Shown here: in pieces, positions 8,041 to 15,965 of the stretch
How the letters are laid out: every line of letters starts with the position of its first letter
Position numbering within the stretch: position 1 is the first letter of the stretch
Assembly: GCA_019359695.1 (NCBI GenBank)
Contig: JAHHGV010000081.1
Location: 1-24,664, forward strand
Reading direction: 5' to 3'
Length of the DNA: 24,664 nt
From: Brasilonema angustatum HA4187-MV1
GTDB taxonomy: Bacteria; Cyanobacteriota; Cyanobacteriia; Cyanobacteriales; Nostocaceae
The notes under the pieces: model-generated
What the model saw: the letters and a program-made list of their open reading frames with translations, nothing else
What the model was told of the DNA's origin: nothing
Databases searched by the model: none
Program-made: the position numbers and the translations under genes

Positions 8041-9338
8041 GGGGTCTAGCCGGGATACGTGCAAAATGGGACACGATGCAAAGTTATGTTAAAAAAGTTG
8101 CTTTAAATTTTATGATGTGATGCTAAGGAAAAATCAAACTGATAACTTTAAGACAGTTTTGGCTGAAAAACCTCAAACATATCAGAGGCGTGCGATAGCC
8201 CAAAGGGCTGACGCTCCGCGTATCGTCATCTTCGTCCAAATGCAATCACCGAAAGAACTCAAACAACGATTATTAGGCGTGTTTTGGCTCTTTCATTGGA
8301 TGCTCTTGTCGGTTAAGTTAAAATAAAAGCCCCAATCTCATCTAATGTCTGCGGTATAATATTTAGATCTTCCGTGCAATTTGAAATGCAGCTAAGTTAA
8401 ACAGATGAATTTCGCCCTTAAATTGCTGTTCGATCGCGGTTCTCAATCCCGAAAATAGATTTACTCTCACTTGCGACTCTAAGGCAACGTATTGTGAACC
8501 GCTACTCAAATAATCGAGATACCGATCAACGCTATAGGTTTGTTCGCAAGGGAAGATTTCTGTGGAGGGAGGCTCAAACAATCCTGAATCCCCGACAGGT
8601 TTTCCCAAGCCTGCGGCAATTTCAGCTTGTTTTTCTCGACCTTCGTACGAAGGTGCGATCGCGGGCGCGTAAGCTTGATAAACCTGATTCAAAACTTGAT
8701 GAACTTCATGACTTGGCTCAAGCGTCAGGTTCCAAAGTAAAACGAGAGAACCATCCTCTCGTAACGTCTGTGATGCTTTCACATATTTGATGCCGGATGA
8801 TATCCAGTGCCAAGCATTTGCTGCTAGTACAATTTCATACGCTTGTGGTTGAACTTGCCACTCCTCGAAAGATTCCTGAAAGAGTTGAACCAGAGGAAAT
8901 GCTGCAAGACGACGTGCTGCAACTTGGCAGAAATCTCGATTCGGTTCTACCGCATCGATTGCACATCCCAACTGAGCAAAGTTAATCGTCGCAATTCCTG
9001 ACCCGCATCCGACTTCGAGAATGGTTGAGTCAGAGGAAAGGTGAGCGGCTTCAATCGCTCGCTGTATTAGTGCTTCAGGATAGCGGGGTCTGCCTCGATC
9101 ATAAGCTTCCACAACTGGCGTGTACCAAACCTTCCGTTGCTCTAAGTCTCGATTTGAATACTCATTAAATATTTTGACCGAATCTGCCATGATTCTTACC
9201 CGTGCTTGTCATTTTCAAGCTTAACTCTCTTGTCGCATCTCATGCTAAATAGGGGCAAGTTGGTAAATCAAGAAAGTAGGTTGTGTAACATTTTTTTTAC
9301 AACATGTCCCCTGAATGCGCGTATCCCGGCTTAACCCC
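8041..9338. mobile_element. TIR-bounded, transposase-less cassette of about 1.3 kb carrying a SAM methyltransferase, inserted into the 100-bp array
   Basis: GGGGTCTAGCCGGGATACGTGCAAAATGGGAC (8041-8072) matches the reverse complement of 9306-9338 (GGGGTTAAGCCGGGATACGCGCATTCAGGGGAC). It is flanked by direct AGCTT at 8036-8040 and 9339-9343. The repeat unit is restored if the element plus one AGCTT is removed. Confidence 0.65.
8363..9190 (-). CDS. Class I SAM-dependent methyltransferase (Methyltransf_11/25-like)
   Basis: Motif I is ILEVGCGSGIATINFAQLG, followed by an acidic post-I residue (AIDAVEPN). 275 aa. Confidence 0.8.
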   Translation of the reverse strand: MADSVKIFNEYSNRDLEQRKVWYTPVVEAYDRGRPRYPEALIQRAIEAAHLSSDSTILEVGCGSGIATINFAQLGCAIDAVEPNRDFCQVAARRLAAFPLVQLFQESFEEWQVQPQAYEIVLAANAWHWISSGIKYVKASQTLREDGSLVLLWNLTLEPSHEVHQVLNQVYQAYAPAIAPSYEGREKQAEIAAGLGKPVGDSGLFEPPSTEIFPCEQTYSVDRYLDYLSSGSQYVALESQVRVNLFSGLRTAIEQQFKGEIHLFNLAAFQIARKI

Positions 9339-9738
9339 AGCTTGACTTCTAGTTGGTCTACTTCGGTTTACTCCATCAAGAACAGCGACAGCACAGAGTA
9401 GACTGGTTCGCTTTGAGTAATTTCTGCTTTTGCTTTGTAGTTTGGTTTCTAGTTGGTCTACTTCGGTTTACTCCATCAAGAACAACGACAGCACAGAGTA
9501 GACTGGTTCACTTTGAGTAATTTCTGTTTTTCCTTTGTAGTTTGGTTTCTAGCTGGTCTACTTCGGTTTACTCAATTAAGATTAGCGACAGTACAGAGTA
9601 GACTGGTTCGCTTTGAGTAATTCCTGCTTTTCCTTTGTAGTTTGGTTTCTAGCTGGTCTACTTTGGTTTACTCAATTAAGATTAGCGACAGCACAGAGTA
9701 GACTGGTTCGCTTTGAGTAATTCCTGCTTTTCCTTTTT
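9339..9738. repeat. Tandem array, exact 100-bp period, about 4 units (right part of the split array, same orientation)
   Basis: CTTTGAGTAA recurs at 9411, 9511, 9611 and 9711. The units are homologous to 7585-8040 but use the hairpin CTGGTCTACT...AGTAGACTGG. Confidence 0.9.
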
Positions 9739-9828
9739 AAAAAGCGATCGCCTCTGGCGTCTGCGCTTTGCGCAATCGCCGTGACCCCGCCATAAAACGC
9801 AAATGAAAAGAAGTTTTTTAGTTTTGGT

Positions 9829-9873
9829 CGAAAAAACCCCCTCCAGGATGCCCAGGAAGGGGTCTATTTTTTC
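9829..9873. terminator. Bidirectional intrinsic terminator downstream of the exoprotein gene
   Basis: AAAAAA, then the CCCCCTCC...GGAAGGGG hairpin, then TATTTTTTC. On the minus strand the hairpin is followed by TTTTTT. Confidence 0.6.
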
Positions 9874-9978
9874 TTGGTGGGGTGATTGTACCTTTGGTAG
9901 AAACTCAATTGTTAATACATATGTACTAAAAAAAGATTTAGTTACCTTAAAATAAGGGTGCGATACCTGAAACCGTGG

Positions 9979-12900
9979 CTACTTCGTTGCAGCACAACTA
10001 CTATTAGGCGCTGGCTGTTCACGCTGTGGACCAGTCTTAGTCGGATCATAAGCGACCAGCACCACCTCACCTTTTTCGTTATATATCCAACCTTGAGCAG
10101 GTACTATCTGTTTAACAGGTGGCTTTTTAGATGGTTGCTTTTGTGTTGGAGTTGTTAAACTTACTTTACTGGGGACAGGCTCAATTAAATCAACACGCAC
10201 ATTGTCACTACTGAGGATTTTATTTGGATCTGTTGGCAATCCCCCGCGTCCGGTGACAGTGAAAGTGCTACCAAAACCTTTGATACAGGGATTTTGAGCA
10301 ACCTGCTGTGCCGGATCAACCACAGTTTCTGTTAATTCAAATAACCCTTGGGTGGGGTCAATATCAACTACATTAATTAGCACATTACCACTCGACTGGT
10401 CATTTACCCCTGTGGCGGTGATGTCGCTTGTGTTTGGGGAAGCAGGATTACGAGACACAAAGCCAAAAATACCTCGGCTATTGATTTTGACATTACCGCC
10501 ACGGGAATTAGCAGAGTTAGCAGTGATATCGCTATTGTCAAAGCCAACCAGGACACCAGTATTAATATTGATGTTGCCGCCAATAACGTTTTCTCCTGTG
10601 GCGTTGGTTGTGATGTTGCTGTTGTTGCGCAAGATTAAATCTTTTGAAGTAATGTTAATTGTCGCTTGCTCCCTACTGGAGTCAACTTTAGCACTACGTG
10701 TATCGCCACTGAGTAAAGCATTGTTGTTTAAACGGATAGAGCGAGCATTTAATGTCATCTTGCCTGCGGTTCCTGTTCCGAAACTCTGCACGCTTACTCT
10801 TGCCCCATCTTGCACTAGCAAGGTATTGGTTCTAACTGTAAGATCACCCGCATCTCCTGTTGAGTTTCGATTTGCTTGAGCAAACAAGCCACTGGAAAGC
10901 TGACCATCAGCCCTTCTACCAATCAATTGCACATCTTGGGCATCAACAGTCAAACTACCCCCCTTGCCCGCACCAAAAGTGGTAGTACTTACCTGTGCTG
11001 TATCTCGCACTAGCAAAGTATTGGTTTTGATTGTAAGATCACCCGCATCCCCTGTTGAGTTTGGATTTGCATTAGCAAACAAGCCACTGCCATCACCATT
11101 AGCGCTTATACCAATCAATTGCACATCTTGGGCATCAACAGTCAAACTACCTCCCTTGCCCGCAGCATTAGTACTAGCATCTACCACTGCCCCATCTCGC
11201 ACGAGCAAGGAATTAGTTTTGATTGTCAAATCACCTGCATTCCCTGTTGAGTTTGCTTGAGCACTCAAGGCACTGGGAAGCCGACCATCAGCGCTTGTAC
11301 CAATCAGTTGCACATCTTGGGCATCAACAGTCAAACTACCCCCCTTGCCCGCACCGTAAGTGTTGTCACTTACCAGTGCCCCATCTCGCACGAGCAAGGT
11401 ATTGGTCTTGATTGTCAGATTACCCGCATTCCCTGTTGAGTTTGGCTGTGCAGAAGCAAACAAGCCACTGGAAACCCGACCATTAGCGCTTCTACCAATC
11501 AGTTGCACATCTTGGGCATCAACAGTCAAACTACCCCCCTTGCCCGCACCGGAAGTAGTAGTACTTACCTGTGCCCCATCTCGCACGAGCAAAGTATTGG
11601 TTTTGATAGTAATATCACCCGCATTCCCTATTGAGTTTCGCTGTGCATCAGCACTCAAGCTACTAGGAAAGCGACCATTAGCGCCTGTACCAATCAGTTG
11701 CACATCTTGGGCATCAACCCTTATATTTGCCCCCTTACCCGCACCGAAAGTGCTAGTATTTACCACTGCTCCATCTCGCACTAGCAAGGAATTGGTTTTG
11801 ATTATCAAATCACCTGCATCCCCTGTTGAGTTTTGCTGTGCAGAAGCACCCAAGCTACTGCCAAACCGACTATCAACGCTTCTACCAATCAATTGCACAT
11901 CTTGGGTATCAACAGTCAAACTACCCCCCTTGCCCGCACCGTAAGTACTAGTACTTACCTGTGCCCCACCCTCAAGCCGCAAGCTGCTAGCACTGATATT
12001 GACATCACCTCCCTGTCCATTTGCTCTTGATCCCACCTGATTAGCAATTCGACTGTTGTTAAGGTTTATTGCTCCTGTGGCATTAACCGAAATGTTTCCT
12101 GCTTGAGTATCAACTGTCCCCAAACCATCTCCTATTCCAGCCTGAAGCAAACTTCCTCCCGTCATCTCTAAATTACGGGCATTAACTGCAATACTACCGC
12201 CCCCACCTGAGCTAACATCAACGAGCGCAGCATTCGTCAGCGATACATCCGCTCTTTGCACTCCCACAGGAAAACTCAAACTTCCATCACCATTGAGTTC
12301 TATCGTCCCAGCAGCAGACAATCCTCCTAACTCAACTCGTCCTCCTGGTGCAAACAGTATTCCACCATCTAAGTTGACGTTACCACCCACCAGTGCTAAT
12401 GAATTTCCTTCTGGAACAGTAAGACCATTAACAACATTGCCATTATTATCAACAGCCCTCGACTGATTGCTGATATTTTTGAAATTCTCCCGATAGCTCA
12501 ACCCAACTGGAGCAGTTATCGTTAACAATGGTGGTGCTTGGGGATTCGTTGCACTAAACTCAAAATTATTCTTAAACAGCAAACTATTTGCCGTACTTCC
12601 CAAAAAAGAACCACCTACATCCAACCGCGCATTTCGTCCGAAGATAATTCCATTCGGGTTGATAAAAAACAAGTTCGCTTTGCCCAACACACCCAAAACA
12701 CCTTGAATGTTCGAGATATTCCCCCCAGTCACTCTGGTGAGTATGTTTGCAATCCCCGCTGGATTGGAAAAATAAGCTCCTCTACCAGCATTGATATTAA
12801 ATTCCTGAAAACTATGAAACAGGTTCGCCCCACGCTTTGCGCCCCCATCAATCCTGTCGCTAGGGATGCCCTTAATCACATCCTGTGTGACACGGGAGTT

Positions 12901-13020
12901 CTCCGCGCCCAGCGTGTTATCAGGAGTAATTTGTGCTTTGGCTACGGTAAAGTAGGTCAAGCTGAATACAGCTGCAAGGGGTAAGGTGAGGAGAAAGAGT
13001 GGGTGACGCACTTGTTCCAT
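9979..13020 (-). CDS. Filamentous-haemagglutinin-type exoprotein with an N-terminal two-partner-secretion (TPS) domain and a beta-helical repeat body
   Basis: Signal-peptide-like start MEQVRHPLFLLTLPLAAVFSLTYFTVAKA (ATG at 13018-13020). TPS hallmarks are NLFHSFQEFNI and NILTRVTGGNISNIQG...LFFINPNGIIFG. There are about 8 repeats of roughly 60 aa (GAGKGGSLTVDAQDVQLIG...NSTGNAGDLTIKTNTLLVRDGA). Confidence 0.85.
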   Translation of the reverse strand: MEQVRHPLFLLTLPLAAVFSLTYFTVAKAQITPDNTLGAENSRVTQDVIKGIPSDRIDGGAKRGANLFHSFQEFNINAGRGAYFSNPAGIANILTRVTGGNISNIQGVLGVLGKANLFFINPNGIIFGRNARLDVGGSFLGSTANSLLFKNNFEFSATNPQAPPLLTITAPVGLSYRENFKNISNQSRAVDNNGNVVNGLTVPEGNSLALVGGNVNLDGGILFAPGGRVELGGLSAAGTIELNGDGSLSFPVGVQRADVSLTNAALVDVSSGGGGSIAVNARNLEMTGGSLLQAGIGDGLGTVDTQAGNISVNATGAINLNNSRIANQVGSRANGQGGDVNISASSLRLEGGAQVSTSTYGAGKGGSLTVDTQDVQLIGRSVDSRFGSSLGASAQQNSTGDAGDLIIKTNSLLVRDGAVVNTSTFGAGKGANIRVDAQDVQLIGTGANGRFPSSLSADAQRNSIGNAGDITIKTNTLLVRDGAQVSTTTSGAGKGGSLTVDAQDVQLIGRSANGRVSSGLFASAQPNSTGNAGNLTIKTNTLLVRDGALVSDNTYGAGKGGSLTVDAQDVQLIGTSADGRLPSALSAQANSTGNAGDLTIKTNSLLVRDGAVVDASTNAAGKGGSLTVDAQDVQLIGISANGDGSGLFANANPNSTGDAGDLTIKTNTLLVRDTAQVSTTTFGAGKGGSLTVDAQDVQLIGRRADGQLSSGLFAQANRNSTGDAGDLTVRTNTLLVQDGARVSVQSFGTGTAGKMTLNARSIRLNNNALLSGDTRSAKVDSSREQATINITSKDLILRNNSNITTNATGENVIGGNININTGVLVGFDNSDITANSANSRGGNVKINSRGIFGFVSRNPASPNTSDITATGVNDQSSGNVLINVVDIDPTQGLFELTETVVDPAQQVAQNPCIKGFGSTFTVTGRGGLPTDPNKILSSDNVRVDLIEPVPSKVSLTTPTQKQPSKKPPVKQIVPAQGWIYNEKGEVVLVAYDPTKTGPQREQPAPNSSCAATK

Positions 13021-13232
13021 GTTTAAAAACAGTATTGTAAGAGGAGTCGTCAAATTACCGTCTTTAAATACTCATACCAGGTTTTTAGACAAAAGTGCGC
13101 TTTTTATAACTTTTTTTTGAAAAAAGGCACGGATAATTTCCTTAACTAAACTGTATTGGTTTCCCTTTCCCCCTTAACCTTTAACCTTTTCCCTGTCCTC
13201 CAGGCATTGACCTTTTCCCCCGACTTCTACTG

Positions 13233-13421
13233 TTAATCATCGTCCTTATCTTTTCCACGCTGAGCTAATCCCACACCACCGCTAATACTTGCGGTTGCGA
13301 TCGCACTAGCAATCGTCAGACGTTCACCAGATGCACCTGTGCAAAGTGCCACAGATAAAATAATTGTGCCTGCAACTATGCCCATGCATGGGGTAAGTGC
13401 TCTTATTAGTTCAGGAGTCAT
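13233..13421 (-). CDS. Small hydrophobic protein (62 aa), possibly membrane-located
   Basis: Two hydrophobic stretches and an acidic/basic tail (KDKDDD). The only support is the ORF and its composition. Confidence 0.35.
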   Translation of the reverse strand: MTPELIRALTPCMGIVAGTIILSVALCTGASGERLTIASAIATASISGGVGLAQRGKDKDDD

Positions 13422-13461
13422 AAAATAATAGTTAAGCTTAAATAATTGGAGACAAAAGAAT

Positions 13462-14112
13462 ATGCCTTCTGTGATAATTCGGAAGAAAGCAATACTAGAA
13501 TTTGGTATTGGCTTGTCTTTACTGATTGCAATTGCGATCTGTTCTTACAATAGCTTAAATAAGCTAAACAACGCGGTTACATGGGTCAAGCATACTTATT
13601 TAACAAAAGAAAGTTTAGACGCGCTTAAGACTGATTTAATCAGCGCTGAAAGTAGTCAAAGGGGTTACTTGCTCACAGGAAAATCACAATATCTCACAGA
13701 AACTTATATTGCGATTGAGCGTGTTTACTTAAGTGAGTCGTATTTGTCGGGTCTTGTAATTGATAACTCTAGCCAGTTTAAGAAAGTTCAAAGTCTTTAC
13801 AAAGTTATTGAAAAGCGTCTTGCAGTTCTCCGAAATGTTGCTGAGTTAAAGGAGTCTGGAAAAGTTGAAGAAGTTTACACAATTGTTTCTAGCAGTAAAG
13901 GTAAAATCCTAATGGATGAAGTTTTAAACAAGATACGAGAGATAAAAGTGATTGAGGACGGGCTTTTGGAAAAGAGGCTAGATGAGCTAGAAACTAGCTA
14001 CCAAACCACAACAAGCATAATCATATTTGGTGGGGTGATATCGATAGTTATTGTTTTTGGAGCAATGACGATTATCAACAATATTGGACACAGCAGTAAG
14101 TCGGTGGTTTAA
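13462..14112 (+). CDS. Stand-alone CHASE3 sensor-domain protein with N- and C-terminal transmembrane helices and no output domain
   Basis: WVKHTYLTKESLDALKTDLISAESSQRGYLLTG...YL matches the CHASE3 signature (W..HT...aE..qRGYllTG). There is a hydrophobic helix at each end. Confidence 0.75.
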   Translation: MPSVIIRKKAILEFGIGLSLLIAIAICSYNSLNKLNNAVTWVKHTYLTKESLDALKTDLISAESSQRGYLLTGKSQYLTETYIAIERVYLSESYLSGLVIDNSSQFKKVQSLYKVIEKRLAVLRNVAELKESGKVEEVYTIVSSSKGKILMDEVLNKIREIKVIEDGLLEKRLDELETSYQTTTSIIIFGGVISIVIVFGAMTIINNIGHSSKSVV

Positions 14113-14232
14113 AGTTAACTCAGAAGTTTAAAGAAGCTTTTAAGTTGAATGTATACGTCTCACTTTTCCTAGTTTATTGATGCATTGATTAACATGTGGA
14201 GATAGTTTGAGTGCGAGCGCATCTATTAGACA

Positions 14233-15051
14233 ATGACAAACATCGAAGCACAAAAGAAGCTTGTTGAATGGGGTGTATTAGACCCTCCCGCAGACGGCAA
14301 GTGGGGGAACTGGAGCAAGAGCGCTTTATCTGAAATACAGAAGTTACTCAAGTCATCTGTAACTGATGGAATTCTCAATGAGACTTCTATTGCTCTGTTG
14401 GAGAAGCTGGGAAGTCCCCCGGAGATAAAAGCAAGTGGATGGTTGGAGAAAGTAATCAGATATTACGAAAAAAAGAACTATTGGATAGCTCGCGGCACCA
14501 ACGTATTTAACATTGTTTACGTTGAGGGCATGTATCCAGACGGCACGCCAAACATTGACAGACTTGATGAATGGAACGATACCCGCGCTTTGTTTCAAGT
14601 CGAGCATAATGGTAGCGCTAGATTAGTGGATACGTGGGCAGCTACCAGTGAACCAGGGGCATATTACACTTATCACCGAATGAGTCCTGGTGGTGCTGCT
14701 CGAATTGCTTTCGGTCAGTATTGGGCTTGGTCAGTTGGGATGCATGGCTCGCGCAATCCATATGAAGCACTTGTTCAGTGTGCAGATGTGGAATTTTACA
14801 GAGACGACAATGAGGACGGTTTTAGAAAGGGTGATGAAGTCACAAACGCCAACATTGGAGCCAATCAACATCACGGATTCTCCATGCCGGAAGTTGGAAA
14901 GAATAGCGCGGGCTGTTTGGTTGGTCAGTCCATCACAGGTCACAAGCAATTTATGCTTTACAACAAAAGCGATCGCCGATATGTAACGAACAATTCTTAT
15001 AAATATGCAACAGCAGTATTGCCAGCAGATGAACTAGGACTTAATTCTTAG
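14233..15051 (+). CDS. Peptidoglycan-binding (PG_binding_1-like) protein with a YkuD/L,D-transpeptidase-fold-like C-terminal domain
   Basis: The N-terminus (LVEWGVLDPPADGKWGNWSKSALSEIQKLL) fits the DG.xG..t..A...Q pattern. The C-terminus (NQHHG...VGKNSAGCLVG) resembles the His...S.GC catalytic motif. Confidence 0.6.
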   Translation: MTNIEAQKKLVEWGVLDPPADGKWGNWSKSALSEIQKLLKSSVTDGILNETSIALLEKLGSPPEIKASGWLEKVIRYYEKKNYWIARGTNVFNIVYVEGMYPDGTPNIDRLDEWNDTRALFQVEHNGSARLVDTWAATSEPGAYYTYHRMSPGGAARIAFGQYWAWSVGMHGSRNPYEALVQCADVEFYRDDNEDGFRKGDEVTNANIGANQHHGFSMPEVGKNSAGCLVGQSITGHKQFMLYNKSDRRYVTNNSYKYATAVLPADELGLNS

Positions 15052-15230
15052 AGGATTTCGAGGAAGTGGGCTTTAACCAGTTTTTTGCATCTACCTGATT
15101 ACATTCAATACAGAATACTACTAGAATGTAAACTGAAAGCATAAATCAGCAACCATTTGAGAGCGATCGCTGATTTATATAAGGTGTATTCAATTTAGGA
15201 AATTATATTATACACCAAGTTTTTTACAAC

Positions 15231-15767
15231 ATGCCAGCAATTACGCTTGACAAAGCTGCAATTACTAACCTAAAAACTTACAAGATTGCATCAACCTTAG
15301 ATTATGCATACTTGGCTCTGAAGTACGAGAAAGACCCAGCCAACAGTACTCAAAATATTGATACTGACCAGTTTCAAATGGATTGGGGCGTAACCAACAC
15401 AGATTTACTTCGTTACTTGCAGCAACTTGAGACTAAGAAAGTTTTGAAAGTCACGCCAACATCTTTATCTATTATTTGGGGTGACACTGCTGAAGCTACG
15501 ACCATAAGCCAAAGTGAAGTCCTGAGCATGAAGAAGGAAGGACTCATCAATACAACCAGCTATGTGTACTATGCACTGTTGCTGAATAAGACAGCAAACA
15601 ATGCAACTCAAGCAGTTAACCCAGCGACTTATGCTGCCAACCCTTGGACGATTGACGGTAGCACTCTGTTACAGGAACTGGGAAACATCAGCCAGAAAAC
15701 AAATAGTGATAAGTCGAAAGTCATTACTTTGGACTTAACCACAATTAGCGTAGTTTGGTTGATTTAA
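15231..15767 (+). CDS. Hypothetical protein made of two copies of an approximately 85-aa domain also found four times in the downstream gene
   Basis: Both halves end in similar strands (LSIIWGD and ISVVWLI). WGVTNTDLLRYLQQLETKKVLKV parallels RWKVTTDDLLRYLPGVLKK in 15966-17942. Confidence 0.6.
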   Translation: MPAITLDKAAITNLKTYKIASTLDYAYLALKYEKDPANSTQNIDTDQFQMDWGVTNTDLLRYLQQLETKKVLKVTPTSLSIIWGDTAEATTISQSEVLSMKKEGLINTTSYVYYALLLNKTANNATQAVNPATYAANPWTIDGSTLLQELGNISQKTNSDKSKVITLDLTTISVVWLI

Positions 15768-15871
15768 TTATCGCTTCGCTCCTGGGTATAGAGGTGTGGG
15801 GGTGTAGGGGAAAGACTTGAAAATGTACACCCCTAAGAGTGCAATGGGGTTTTAGACCCCAACCGATTGCT

Positions 15872-15945
15872 CCCCCCCCCCTACACCCTTATACCCTTAT
15901 ACCCTTATACCCTTACACCCCTACACCCTTACACCCTTACACCCC
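15872..15945. repeat. C10 homopolymer followed by about 8 tandem octamers (CCCTTATA/CCCTTACA)
   Basis: The C-run is at 15872-15881 and octamers extend to 15945. They are complementary to GGGTATAGAGGTGTGGGGGTGTAGGGG at 15784-15810. Confidence 0.85.
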
Positions 15946-15965
15946 TTCTTTTTTACTTTGGTCAT

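Noticed and set aside
8117-8326. 69-aa plus-strand ORF inside the TIR cassette
   Set aside because: It has no start context or motif. It may be a remnant, but I cannot support it as a gene.
7585-9738. Possible CRISPR array
   Set aside because: The entire 100-bp unit is conserved. There are no variable spacers between short repeats and no cas genes, so this is a plain tandem repeat.
10352-12984. Several plus-strand ORFs of 60-194 aa inside the exoprotein gene
   Set aside because: They are antisense to a clearly coding repetitive gene. Their repetitive Ser/Pro/Leu-rich products mirror the sense repeats, and there are no independent signals.
13021-13053. TTG-initiated 11-codon N-terminal extension of the exoprotein ORF
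   Set aside because: The ATG at 13018-13020 gives a canonical signal-peptide-like N-terminus. The extension adds nothing recognisable.
15867-15965. N-terminal extension MLPPPYTLIPLYPYTLTPL... of the LamG protein ORF
   Set aside because: It is a translation of the octamer microsatellite. The ATG at 15966 is the more plausible start, although repeat-length changes could alter this (see findings).
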